Assembly (NCBI GenBank): GCA_040954595.2 | Contig: CM082583.2 | Coordinates: forward strand, 10,615,656 to 10,679,655 | DNA from: Balanoglossus misakiensis | Lineage: Eukaryota; Animalia; Hemichordata | DNA: 64,000 nt | Reading direction: 5' to 3' | In this document: piece after piece, positions 1 through 12,200 of the stretch | Numbering within the stretch: the first letter of the stretch is position 1 | Layout of the letters: the number at the start of each line of letters is the position of its first letter | Notes under the pieces: model-generated | Databases searched by the model: none | What the model was told of the DNA's origin: nothing | Seen by the model: only the letters and a program-made list of their open reading frames with translations | Program-made: the position numbers and the translations under genes

Positions 1-2215
1 AATGTATTAATGGAAGCGAAAAACAACACTGTGCCATTTGAAAGTGTGTTACCATAAAGAATTAGATTTATTTCCATAAAATACGAAACTGGAAGGAGAC
101 ACCTATTGTTTGCACTCTTATAAATAAAGTTTACAATCTTAGAATATTTTCACAGTCAACCAGAAAAATAAGACCCTGTGCGTGATATATCGATCTAAAC
201 TGTAGTAGAAAAACACAGGATGATTCTGCATTACATTACAAAGTGCAGTTTGATCATCCAATACATCTGGAGCTATACAAGTGAAATAATTCTGGTGGTC
301 TACAAAATAAATATTCTTTTTTTTCAGCCTACTTTTTTTTTCTTTTAAAACTTATACATTCAAGAAAGACATTTTTTACTGTCTGTATATGTATGTAAAC
401 CTGTGCTTTTGAACTTGTTGACCTTGATCAAGAAGATTATGACATATATTCTTCATGCCATTATCAGCTGCAACTACCCTCTCTCCCTCCTTATTTCATT
501 GTTCAGTTTGGCTATGTACAATGAGTGCAGTTAATTCAGCAGGCATTCAGAAGGTATTGCAAACGCAAAAAAAAATATTCAAACAAGTAGCAGGTGGGTC
601 GTACAAGGGGGTGATGTGAACTTCAAGGGGGAAAGCCAGTTCGAATTTTCAAAAACATTTTGAAAAAGTATCCAATCAGAAGTGAATTCGCTGGCTACCA
701 GATTTAATACACACCCACTTCCTCTGCCGTTATTGGAAATATGGATGTTCAAAGATTTTCAGTTGACTGGCAGACCTGGTCATTGATTTATTTATCAACA
801 AAAAAATATTTAAATCAAAACAAATGTTTAATATTGTAATCCAGGTGGGGGGAGGTGAATCCAAGTATAGCACAGTATCAGGGAGGCACAACAATACATT
901 GATTGCAAAATTACACAGACTAAAAATATGACAAGGTGCAATAGGAAAATATCATTCAAAGAGAATGCGGAAAAACAAAATGAAAATTGCACATTTCGGG
1001 ACCAAATAAACCAGGCAACATTTAAGTTTTTGAAACAAGTAAATAAAAGGATCAAATAACCTTTCTCCACTGTATATGTTTGAAAGAGATTAAGAAAACT
1101 ACATTGACAAGACTTGTTTAATAAAAAGTAAAACAGAAAGTAAGAAACTCACAGAAAAGATGAATGTTGTACTCCGAATATAAAAAATACAGACTCCTAT
1201 GGGATGAATTTATATTAACATGCAGTATGTAGTAATACATACATATTTACAAATGATTCATACATCTAGAGATATCAAAATACTTCTTGGCAAAAATATA
1301 AATACATGAAAGAAGTTTCAGCCAATGATACCACTCGTTTCAAAATTTTGCTACAAATATGAACCAATCAGGAGGTACATACCTACAAGAGAAAGCAAAG
1401 TCTACTCAAACGAACTTGGATGTATGAGACCTAAGAATGGTGATTATAAAATCAGTCAGTTCAACATGCTTAATCCACGATAAAATACCAATTTCCCTAA
1501 ATAAAAGACTGCATATCAGACTTTGGCCAACAGCAGGGAGTGGGAGAAAACATTACCCATGATTTATTTGAGGCAAAAGAAACTGATTGGGAAAAAATAA
1601 TAATCATTATAGACTGAAAGTTCGTCATCAGAAATGGAATGTGTCCATATAAAAAAATCTTCCTCCTTAAAGAAGTATTCATTCTGTGAATAGCATTGTT
1701 TGGTCAAGAAACCCATGATGTCTTTAAGAAGTACCGGTTAACTAATCTTTGATACTGCACGCTAAACTGATTCTGGAGCTAAATTAGATCATTCTGACTT
1801 CTAGCACAACGACAAAGTTTGAAGACATCATTTGATGTAACAGCAAAAGTCAAGGAAAATCTAAAATTATTTCACTGAAATATTGGTAAAATACTTCTTG
1901 ATGGCTCTAAACATTATTGCTATTGTTTTGTGATGCTATTTTGTTTTTAATCAATAAATGTCTGATTCTGTTATCTGAAATTTATTCAGTGAATACTGAA
2001 TATAAGTATTGTTAAATTGAAATTATTAATGCCATAATTATGCATGCCATCCTTGATTATCAGAAAGCTTTTACATTCAATTGAAACTAAAGCCAATAAT
2101 TAGCATTATTGCATAGGAATACATTTCACTCCTTTTAGCCCAACGTAAAAGAAATCTCTAATTTTAAACAGCACATTGCTTGACTGACCTAAAAAGCAGC
2201 CTCAGTTCTGGACTA

Positions 2216-2272
2216 TTAACCCTTTCACCCCCAGTTCCCTCTTGGGATGAACCATGGTGGTGAAAGGGTTAA
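2216..2272. mobile_element. Tiny TTAA-flanked palindromic MITE-like element in the ATP8B 3' UTR region
   Basis: TTAA-CCCTTTCACC...GGTGAAAGGG-TTAA: terminal inverted repeats with TTAA at both ends (piggyBac/Kolobok-like target). Confidence 0.6.
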
Positions 2273-3092
2273 ATAAATTCAACAAATATTTGCAAACAAA
2301 TTGTGCATTAGCCTCTTCAATATGACTTGTCATGATAATATACATGTAAGTATATCTGCCAAGTCAAACTAAACCACAGACTCCATAATATCCCAGATAT
2401 GTATTTCAGCATTTCGGGACTTGATTGTTTGCCAATCACATTGTAAAAAAGAATGACTGACTGTGAATGATACAGCCTGCCAATAAACTCAAGCAGTCTT
2501 TGTCAAAGGTCGAAGGTTACAGGGCCAACTTGAATAATTCAACTACTGGTTATATATAGGCCTTCAAATTAATGTCTTAGAAACTCATTAGGGCAGTGTT
2601 CCGTTACTGTGTTTAGAGCTCGTCTTCGTTTCCGTCTCCAAAATCTGCATGTATCAATAGGAGACAATATTCACAGTTAACTGGCGAAGGATGGTCCATG
2701 ATCTTAGCATCTTCGTAGAGAAAGATCATAAACATTTATGGGGTTTTCGTTTCTGTATCAGATATCTATTAAATGTACAATAAATTGGAATGTGTTTCCA
2801 TTTACATATTTCTTGGGGCTCACACCAAATTCCTCCATCACCATTGTTTAGGAAATGACAAAATGCACTAGCAAAAGGTGTCAAATTGAAAATATCAAGC
2901 AAAAAAGTTAGATTAGGATTAAATTGGAAAAATTAAGGTATTTTCAAGTAAAAGGAATTTAAGTTAAGTAATTTCATTAAAAAGGGTTATGGTGAAGAAT
3001 ATGTTGATTTGAATTAAATACAGCATGCATGATATTTATAATAAATTTGGCAATGAAAAGCTGCTAGTGACAAATGTATTGCCATGATTTCC

Positions 3093-3212
3093 TTACAGTT
3101 TAGTCACGGGCACATCATCGTGTTGTAGACTCACAGCAGAGTCGTGTACGCTGCCCTCTATAGGTGGACTTGGTGATGGAGAAACTTTGTTCGGTCTGAG
3201 CCCCACCTCCAG
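3093..3212 (-). other. Candidate stop-codon readthrough extension of ATP8B (39 codons plus TAA)
   Basis: After TGA at 3215-3213 the frame stays open: LEVGLRPNKVSPSPSPPIEGSVHDSAVSLQHDDVPVTKL, then TAA at 3095-3093. The stop context is TGA-CTG, and composition turns AT-rich only after the second stop. Confidence 0.6.
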
Positions 3213-6200
3213 TCAGGATTTATGGTTGCTTGTTATACTGTTGGGTCTTTCCTCCAGTGTGGTCTCTTCGTCGCTGAAATCATCCACATCTTCAATGATT
3301 CCATCTTCCAGATTTTTGACCGGGCCATTCTCTTTCACTGCGTCCTCGTCCTCGTGTATTCTGCTCTCTGTTGCGCTGTCTGATTTGCTCTCAGTTCTGC
3401 TGTCTGCTCTGTTCTTGGCCTCCTCGTCCTCTTTGTCCCTCCCCTCCCCTCTCCTCCCCCGCCTCGATCCCATCCTCCCGGACGTGATGAGGGCGCCGTA
3501 GCCCTCTTGGTGCGAAAACGCGTAACTTGATCCCGGCCGCGACGTGGATGGACGTTTCTTGATCTTGGTCAGCTGGACGTCGCTTGCCTTCTGCTTCCCT
3601 CTCTGCTGCCACAGTCGGATTCTGTCGGAAAGGGACGGCGAGACATCCAGGATCAAGGCACGTTTGGCAGCAACTGGGCCGAGCAGGATGACGATCACCA
3701 GAAGGAGACAGAACCAGAACGCAGGCATCCTGACCATCACCGACGCTGTGCCAACATATGTAAATGCTGTCCCAAAGAGTTCATACAACGGCTCAGAGTA
3801 CATGAGGAATATGACTGCCCAGTAAACCAAAATACTGCCCCAAATCACAATATGGTTTAGTACTGTCCAGTAAGCCGTGTCTAAAGCAATCTAAAATTAA
3901 AAAAATAAATTATAAGTTAGTAAGGGAGCAATGATGATAATGATTGACAACACACACACACACATGTACTGTTATATGTACACATACATACGAACATACA
4001 TACATACATACATACATATATCTTATTATGAATGCACACGCATTGTTGTCATAGTTACCCTCAGACTCAGACACTTGTTGGGCACAACACTGTTCATTCA
4101 AGCAAACCATCCAACTGAATAGCATATTGAATTCAACAGGCTGCCTCAGAGGGAACAATTGTAGACTTAAATACTGTGAATGTCTGCCTCAGTCTTATTT
4201 CATGAAAAATTTAAAAGGTTCTTGCATGATGTAAAGAACACGATATGCATCCATTATGTGCTATGAGTGAGCAAACAGCAGACGTCATCATTCATTCATA
4301 CATACATTGGACATACACAAATAAAACATTCTGAGTAAAGTGATACATCCTCGTAAATATTAAATGCATGAAATACATACCTGTAGATTGACGATTGTCA
4401 CCAGCAAAGTCGCAATAGTGCATCCAAACATACTCTGATGGTCTACAACGTCTCCATCTGGGGCAGTGTTCTCTATGTAGGCACCTGCAAGACCAAACAT
4501 ACATCTGTGTGAGTGGAAATCGTTAAAGGGACAAAGTTGCTGAAATTATTTCTCTTAAACTGTTCAAATCTTACAATTTTTGCTTTTATTCGTGGTTACT
4601 ACTATGGTAGTACTTATTGTATATGGTGTAGTTGTACACTGTTTAGTACCTAATATCACTTTCATGTGAGTATGCCACACAAAAATTTGACAGAGAGTCT
4701 TAATCTACACCATCACTGTAAAAAAACCTGACCCAGCATCACGAATCCTGCTGCATCCTAGCCAACACAAAGAGCCTCAATATTAAACTTACCATATGGT
4801 ATGAAGAATAAAACTAAAGATGTCAGGACACCATGCATCACACTCCGACAGAACACCCACAGATTAAAACCCTGGTTTTTCTGACCAGGAACGTAGAGTT
4901 TCGGAAACTTTGTGCAGTTTGGGGCATTGACATCCTGAAATGTTACAAAAGGAAGAGGAAGTTTTTCATCAGAATGAATAAAATAACACAATGCTGTGCT
5001 GTGCTACATTACACCACACTAAAAATGTATCCCAGTATTGGGCTAAAGTAGACAGGCTCATCCAAATACACAAAAGAGATATACATGTACATTCTACCGT
5101 AGATCTAAGTTTGATATATTCCATTATCAAATCAATGAGTTTTATCATAATCACAAAATGGAGAGAGTAAACACTTACCTGATCAAAAATACCCAACGCT
5201 ATGACTGGTAGTGATGTAAATATGATGTTGTACAAAGATATAAAATATTGATCATAGACAGTCTGCAACAAAATCAGAAATACACATGTTCACATGCATC
5301 TGTAATATACCGGTACTTTTTAGGCGCCAGCTGATATAATGATTAATATCACAGAAAGCAGAATGGAATGAGACTTGGAACTCACCTGTGCTGAAAACCC
5401 ACAGAAGAAAGCAAACCAGAAATGACAAAATGTAAATGCAAAATTCTTGTAGAAGAAATATTCCAGAAATTTGCACATCCTCATGTAGGACCATCTCCCA
5501 TGAACCAGCAGCAACCTCTCTAGAAATGTATTCCAAAGTCAAGGTCAAAAGTAAATACTCGGAAAATACTTATTATTCATCACTACTTAAATTAAATAGT
5601 TACTTAATACTCGATTGAAAATATTAGGACAGTAGTAAACTGGAAAGCATTTGGCATTAAAACCCATTAATGAAGAAAAAATGTTATCTCCACATGGACA
5701 GTCGCAGATCAATCAATGCATAAAAGTGTCATTTCTTCGGTTGATTGACAATGAAATTAATTGACTCAGTTATTAAAGTTGACATTAAAATATTAAATGT
5801 TGTATCTTCTTGAATTATTAAAATCTTTTGTAAATTTATGGAAACACTGTATTAAAGTGTCCATTTGAATATGATGTCTGCATTTCTGCAAATTGTGCTG
5901 ATCAGTTTCTTGTAAAGGATATCTAAACTGGGCAAATGAGAAATCGCTGGCTAGAACGGCTTGCATTCCTTCCTGACCACTGATACCAACTCCAATGTGA
6001 GCAGCTAGAAAAAGAAAAGGAAAACAGAAAGATTAAATATTTTGAAATTTAAAATCTAAAATATGGGACCAATTGGAAATGTCACCCAAGAGGGAGGGGG
6101 AAGGGAGGGAGGGAGGGAACAAATATCACATGTGATTTTTCACAATTAGACCAGACATTACTAGTGCATATGAGCGAATAGAGGCAGCAGACACTTTCAA

Positions 6201-9200
6201 CTACATGTCACCATGGCAACTTACCTCTTATCATGCTGACATCATTTGCACCATCTCCGATCGCAAGTGTGACGGCACTTTTGTACTTCTTGACCAACTC
6301 AACCACCATGGCTTTCTGAAGTGGCGTTACACGGCAGCAGATGACAGCTTTGCAGAGACTAGCAGCTTGCAGGAAGTCTTTCTCCATATCTGGCTGTAGC
6401 GCATGCGCCTGTTGAAAATAGTCAGTCATGTTTGGGAACAGCGTTTAGATTAATAAAGTGAATGTAAATTTTGCAGCAATTTCATCTAAAATCTTGGGAA
6501 TTTCCACCTACCAAACTGTGTCCATTGATGACCAGTGCAAACGCATAGATTCCTTCAAACTGATCAGCATCTTTCTTGGTGAAACTGACATCGTCACCCT
6601 CATCTTCATCATCACTATCATCGCTCTTCACACCAATCTTTCCTTTCAAGTCTTCTAAGACTTCATTAAGTTCATGTTGCACTTCGTCCTTCTCTGACCC
6701 CGAGATAATGAAGACTTTGTTCATTTCCTCAGTAAGTAGCTGGCATGAGTAGCCGATATTAATGGCTGTCTCTTGCTTATCACCAGTCAGAACCCAAATC
6801 TTGATATTTGCCTGAATAATGAAACACATGGCACACAAGACTGTCAAAAACTTGACTTGATACACTTTCAATTATGAGAGACACAAGATCACAAAGTAAT
6901 GACTTGATTTGTGGACACTGAAGCCACAAAATCAGAATCATTTCACTTTTGACACCACACATGTGATGACCATCTGCAGACAACTTTCCCCATCATTTAC
7001 GGATGTTCACTCAACTTCCCTATATAAAGGGTACTAGTATTACGGGAACATTGTTTTCCCAGTTTTCCCTGATTTTCATTGAGGGGCGTGGTCAAGATGT
7101 AAACACTGGATGAACACTACTGACCTTGGCTAGGTTTGCAATGACCTCAGGGACTCTATCCTGTAATTTATCTTCAATAGCTGTTGCCCCCAGTAACATC
7201 ATATCTGTTTCGATTTCCTCATACACCTTGGAGACTTTCTCTTCTCTGTTTTCCAATGATGTGCTGTTGAGGAATCAATCAAGCATTAAACTTTAACAGA
7301 AGTATATTTACTGGGGTGTATTATGGACAGAGTAGGAAAATCCATAACGCAGTTGCTGATGTATTTTTTAATAAATAAAAATGGTTCACATTTCTTACTT
7401 GGCAATGTGGTGTTTTCTTTTCCACTCGGCAAAATAACCATCATCTATGTCCTTCATAGCAAGGCACAATGTACGTAAGCCTTCACCTGCAAATTCCTAC
7501 AAATACAGAATACATTAATACTGTTATAGTTTCAAAATTCAGCAATCAGATCTACCTCAAATTCTTGCCATACCACCATGGTTTGGTCCAACTCCATTGT
7601 TTTCAATAGGACCCAAGGTGTTGGACCCTTATACAAGGAAACAGGGGTGAAAGTGTAATGTTGATTTCTTCAGACTTACATTAAGGTGTTCTTGGGTGAC
7701 CTGTTTGATGTTTTTGCAATGAGGACTTAATCTTGGTAAAATGACTGAATCAGCTCCCTTGCAGTAGAGTCGGATTTTGTTGTTGAATCTCAAAATGACG
7801 GACATTCTCTTTCTGACGTTGTTGAAATCCAAGATTGCCAGGAGCTCAAACACCTCTTCATTTCTGTCAACTTCAATGGTGATTGTGCTTGGGGTTCGAG
7901 CCTGCAAAAAGATGAAGTTTGCTCAGTCAGTACGTAACTTCAGTTTAAACGCAATGAAACATTTGAAATCAGCATCTGAAATCTGTCGGCAAAGCATGTA
8001 ATAAAATTTCTTACCCTGAAAACAAATCCAAAATTCCTAGCAGCACCAACTAAAGCTGCCTCATCTGGTGATTGGGCTTGGTATTCCAATTCATCTGAAA
8101 AAAAAAGTTGTTAGAAAAGTTTTGAAACAAGTCCAGCTTCCAATTTTCATTCATAATTATTTGAAGTTAGCAAACATGTATTTCTGTAGACAGCACAAGT
8201 CTTAACGAATTCCTAGATGTAAACTTGACTTTTCCAGAGTGATCTGATATTTCCATGGAACATCCACACAGAATATAACCCTGGAACATCACTAGTTGTA
8301 ATGATGAAACTCACCATCATCATTGTATTCAGCCATGACAGTGTGACACAAAGCCAACAACCTGAAGAACGCCCAGCAGTGCTTGTCGCCTTGGTCAATG
8401 AGTTCCATCAAGGACGGATCGTACCACAGAAACTTCTTGTCATACCAAGCATTGTGCTGAAAACCGATTGGAATGGAATTCTGCAGAAGAAAAGAAAGAA
8501 CCACTGCAATTGGCAAATGTGGTCTGACTATGTTGTGTGTGGATACAGCTCGTGTGTGTCCATGCGTAAGGTTGAAGAGTACGGCACTTAATCATGCTTT
8601 CGATATTTACCTCGTTGATTTCAACAGGATGTCCGTTCTTATCGTACAATTCACCATATTTTCTGCCACCAATGCTGCACTTGTTGAAGGTCATCTTATT
8701 CTGGAATGTCAGACAAAACACAATTCAATGAATACTGTTGCCATGGTATCCTGCAGACACTGCCATATGTCACACAGAACCCTCAGGGTACGGTGATTGT
8801 CTGCTTAATGCGTTTGCATGACACAGCTGTACATTCATACATGACATGACATACGTTTCTGTAATAAACTCAACTATTAGCTCTGTTGTATCCACAGAAA
8901 ATAGATGTGTAAATGTTAGGAACTCTGCTCAGGTCAGGGATATGCAAATTTGCTCTTACTGAGAGAATAAATCATCAACCTGCGTGTCTGTTACTGAAAT
9001 AGCCTTAATGCAATTCCTTAGAAATGCCAAGGAATTGCAAAGTAGGCATCAGGTTAAATTTTGGCACCATACCTGTGTCAATGTTCCGGTTTTGTCTGAG
9101 AATATATATTGAATCTGCCCCAGTTCTTCAGTCAGGGTTGTTGTTCTACATTTAGCCGGTGTGTCTCTATCCTCATCGTACATAGCTTTGTCCCAGTTGA

Positions 9201-12200
9201 TCCAAAAACTCTGGGCCAGTCGAATCATTTCAACTCTGTGGTGTACAGTGATATTAAATTACTCACAACAAACTTGGCAGATGAATTCTTGATCAAAAAA
9301 GTTTAATGATGACTTTTGAATTTGAATTATCTTTTTAGAACAATCAGAGATCCTGACCGACTTACGTGACATAGAGTGATATAGGCACAAATGTATTGAG
9401 AATGATGATATAGGAGACGAAATGCAACCCTGCCACAGACGCTGCATCTTTAGTGTACGTCTCCCACGGCAGGTAAACCTGGAAATACCATCCAGTCGAT
9501 GCCTCCCAGTATCCACAACATATCGCACACACCAAACAGGCACAAAACAGTTGGAAAAATATCTGTAACAGAAAACACAATATCGTGTTACCAGACGTGG
9601 GAGTTAGTAATCTCCTTGACGGAAACACTGCAGGAACTGACCTAATTGAACAGAAAGTTCACATAAACCCAGCCAGGGAATGGTGTCTTAGAGTAAATAT
9701 CAAATGGCAAGAATACAATTATAAAATTTGGTGTTTTGAATGATTGATGTGAACGTTTCTGACCTAACAGCAGGATGTTGAGAATATCTTGCTGATATTG
9801 CTTCCTTTATGCTTTTAATAATTCAAAACTACAGGTTAGGATTACTGAAATTGCAGTTTCTATTCCAGGAAATTTTAATATTAGAACCAGACATATTTGG
9901 TTGCCCGTCCTCATACTCATGCTAACAGGAGTACTGAAGCCCCCAAATCCTGTCACAGATTGCCAGTCAATCTTTCATTGTTAAGAGAGGGGTCAGTATT
10001 AGTGTGCAATCAATCAAACTTACAAATATGACAATCTTGTTCATAAGTTTATCAATGTGTGTCCTCTTGAAGTTTGCCTGTCCACTGTTCTGCATCTGTT
10101 TGCTTTCTTTGCCAGTGTAGATGGTCAGTCCATACATCCATTTGGTGTTCCTTAAAACACAGCCTCGTAGAACCATTTGATCATTGCTGATGGAGAATTT
10201 GTCGTCTCCGCCCCATTTCATGAAGCCATCGCATTTGTCTAGTCGGTTGTTGGGCGGGGCAACGTGAACTTCACCTTGGGAGACAATAGAAAGATAACGT
10301 CTGGTGAGATTCTCACTTAGGAACATATGAAGTCTCGATGAAAAGTTTTAATTTCTGAAGATTGAGTTGTCCAGCGATGATATAAGTTATAATTGATGAC
10401 TTTTCTTTTTGAAATATGATTTCTGAAATATCTTAACTAGCTGCTTAGTACATCTTTCACGCATACACATGTATGTTACCAAAATCATCTGAGCTATCTC
10501 CGTACCAGTATTCACAAACATGTTTTTAGAAATGTTGAATTCATTCAGTAAGTGCAATTCTAGTGTCATAAAGATTTTCTAAACCAATGGCATGCCATAT
10601 ATGACAGACTTCTTTGAGCGCGATATGCTATGGAAGGTAATGGGAACTTGTATATGTACTTACAGTTCAATTCTGACAACTTTTTCAAATCACCTCCAAG
10701 GACAGCTGTCTCAGTTAATGCCTGTCTCACTTTTAAGTTGGTTTCTCTGCAAAAGATGGAGGTAGTAAATGACATTATAAGTAACATAAAACTAAATATG
10801 AACTTGATTATTTTCAACACTTGAGTATATCAGCCACAGTAATTTAATATGCTGTCACAGAAGCCTTTTCACATAAAAATACACATCATAACAGCATTAT
10901 TTCCAAATGACATTCCAATCATAACTGTTTTACATTTATAGACAGCAAGACAAGCTCGTAAAGATACAGTTAGCTGAAAATATCCGATTAGAGAATTTGT
11001 GTTATGTAAAGTACAGTTACACTGTATGTACATGTATGCAACATGGACTTGGGCTACGTACACAAAGTACCGGATTTTATCTGTGGATCATCCAATATGT
11101 TGGACACACCAGAGTACTCATCCATACATTGCTGTATTTTATGAATAACCCATTAGTCTTACGGCTTCAGTAGGAGGATGTGAAGTGTTTCAGAGAAAAG
11201 CATAGCCACAGGGACTAAAGCATGATCATTAAAAAAATATTTACTTGCATTTACTGAAGAGCTAATAGGCATTAGAGAATGCACATGTTTTTCAAATGAT
11301 TTCACTCACTTATAAAAACATACATATGGTCACTTTTTTGTCGCAAAAAAAATTATTCAGAGATGAAATATGAGATAATGTAGTCCTGGCAGGACTGGAA
11401 ATACTTACCCATCTAAATCTGCTGTTTCCACATAGACCAAGCTGTGTGGTTCGCTGCTGGCCAACACCATGCAATCAGCCGGAACCGCCTGGTTCATCTC
11501 GATCTTCAAAATATCCCCAACATGGATCTGCTGCCATTTGCATTTTGTAAGTCTTCAGTGGAAGAACAAATAAAGTATGTTTGAGAATTATTTATACAGA
11601 GATGCGAGATATGGCATGGCAACCGAAGAATGCTGATACAGATAACTGAAGGAACATTTAGTCATTCTGTATGTGTACACTCCCTTTGATAGGTGATTTA
11701 GTGGCAACTCTATAGGTTGCAGCTTTGTGTTCTAATAAGTTCTAAGTATTTTTAAAAATTCCATCCTTATGGTGGAAAGAAAATGTTACTTACACATCCC
11801 CTGTCAGGATTTCAGCTTCCCTGTTGTTCACTATGTTGTCACTTTTATGCCGTTTCTGGAAGAAGAAGATAGTTATCAAAATTTAATTGAATGGAAACAT
11901 TAAAACATCATCATTTTAGGGGGGAAATATAGTAAACATCAAAAGGCGTCGAAAGGGTTAATAATGATAGTTTAATAAAAACAATTGTGCGCTAAACTTA
12001 CGATATCATCATAGCCATCTTTGACTGCACTGACAGTCAGCACAAATACCAGAGGGAGGGCAGTCGTAATGGGGTTTAAAGACGACACCCATTCCAGTAA
12101 CTGCAAGATAAAACGTGAAAATCAATGATACTGGGCTCCAATTTGATTAGAATACACTCATCGCAAATATAGTGAACGGAAATGCAGTAATCCAGGCACA

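Noticed and set aside
3213-3215. ATP8B UGA as a selenocysteine codon
   Set aside because: It lies in a low-complexity tail with no redox motif, and I saw no convincing SECIS downstream by eye (SECISearch not run). Plain readthrough is the simpler reading.
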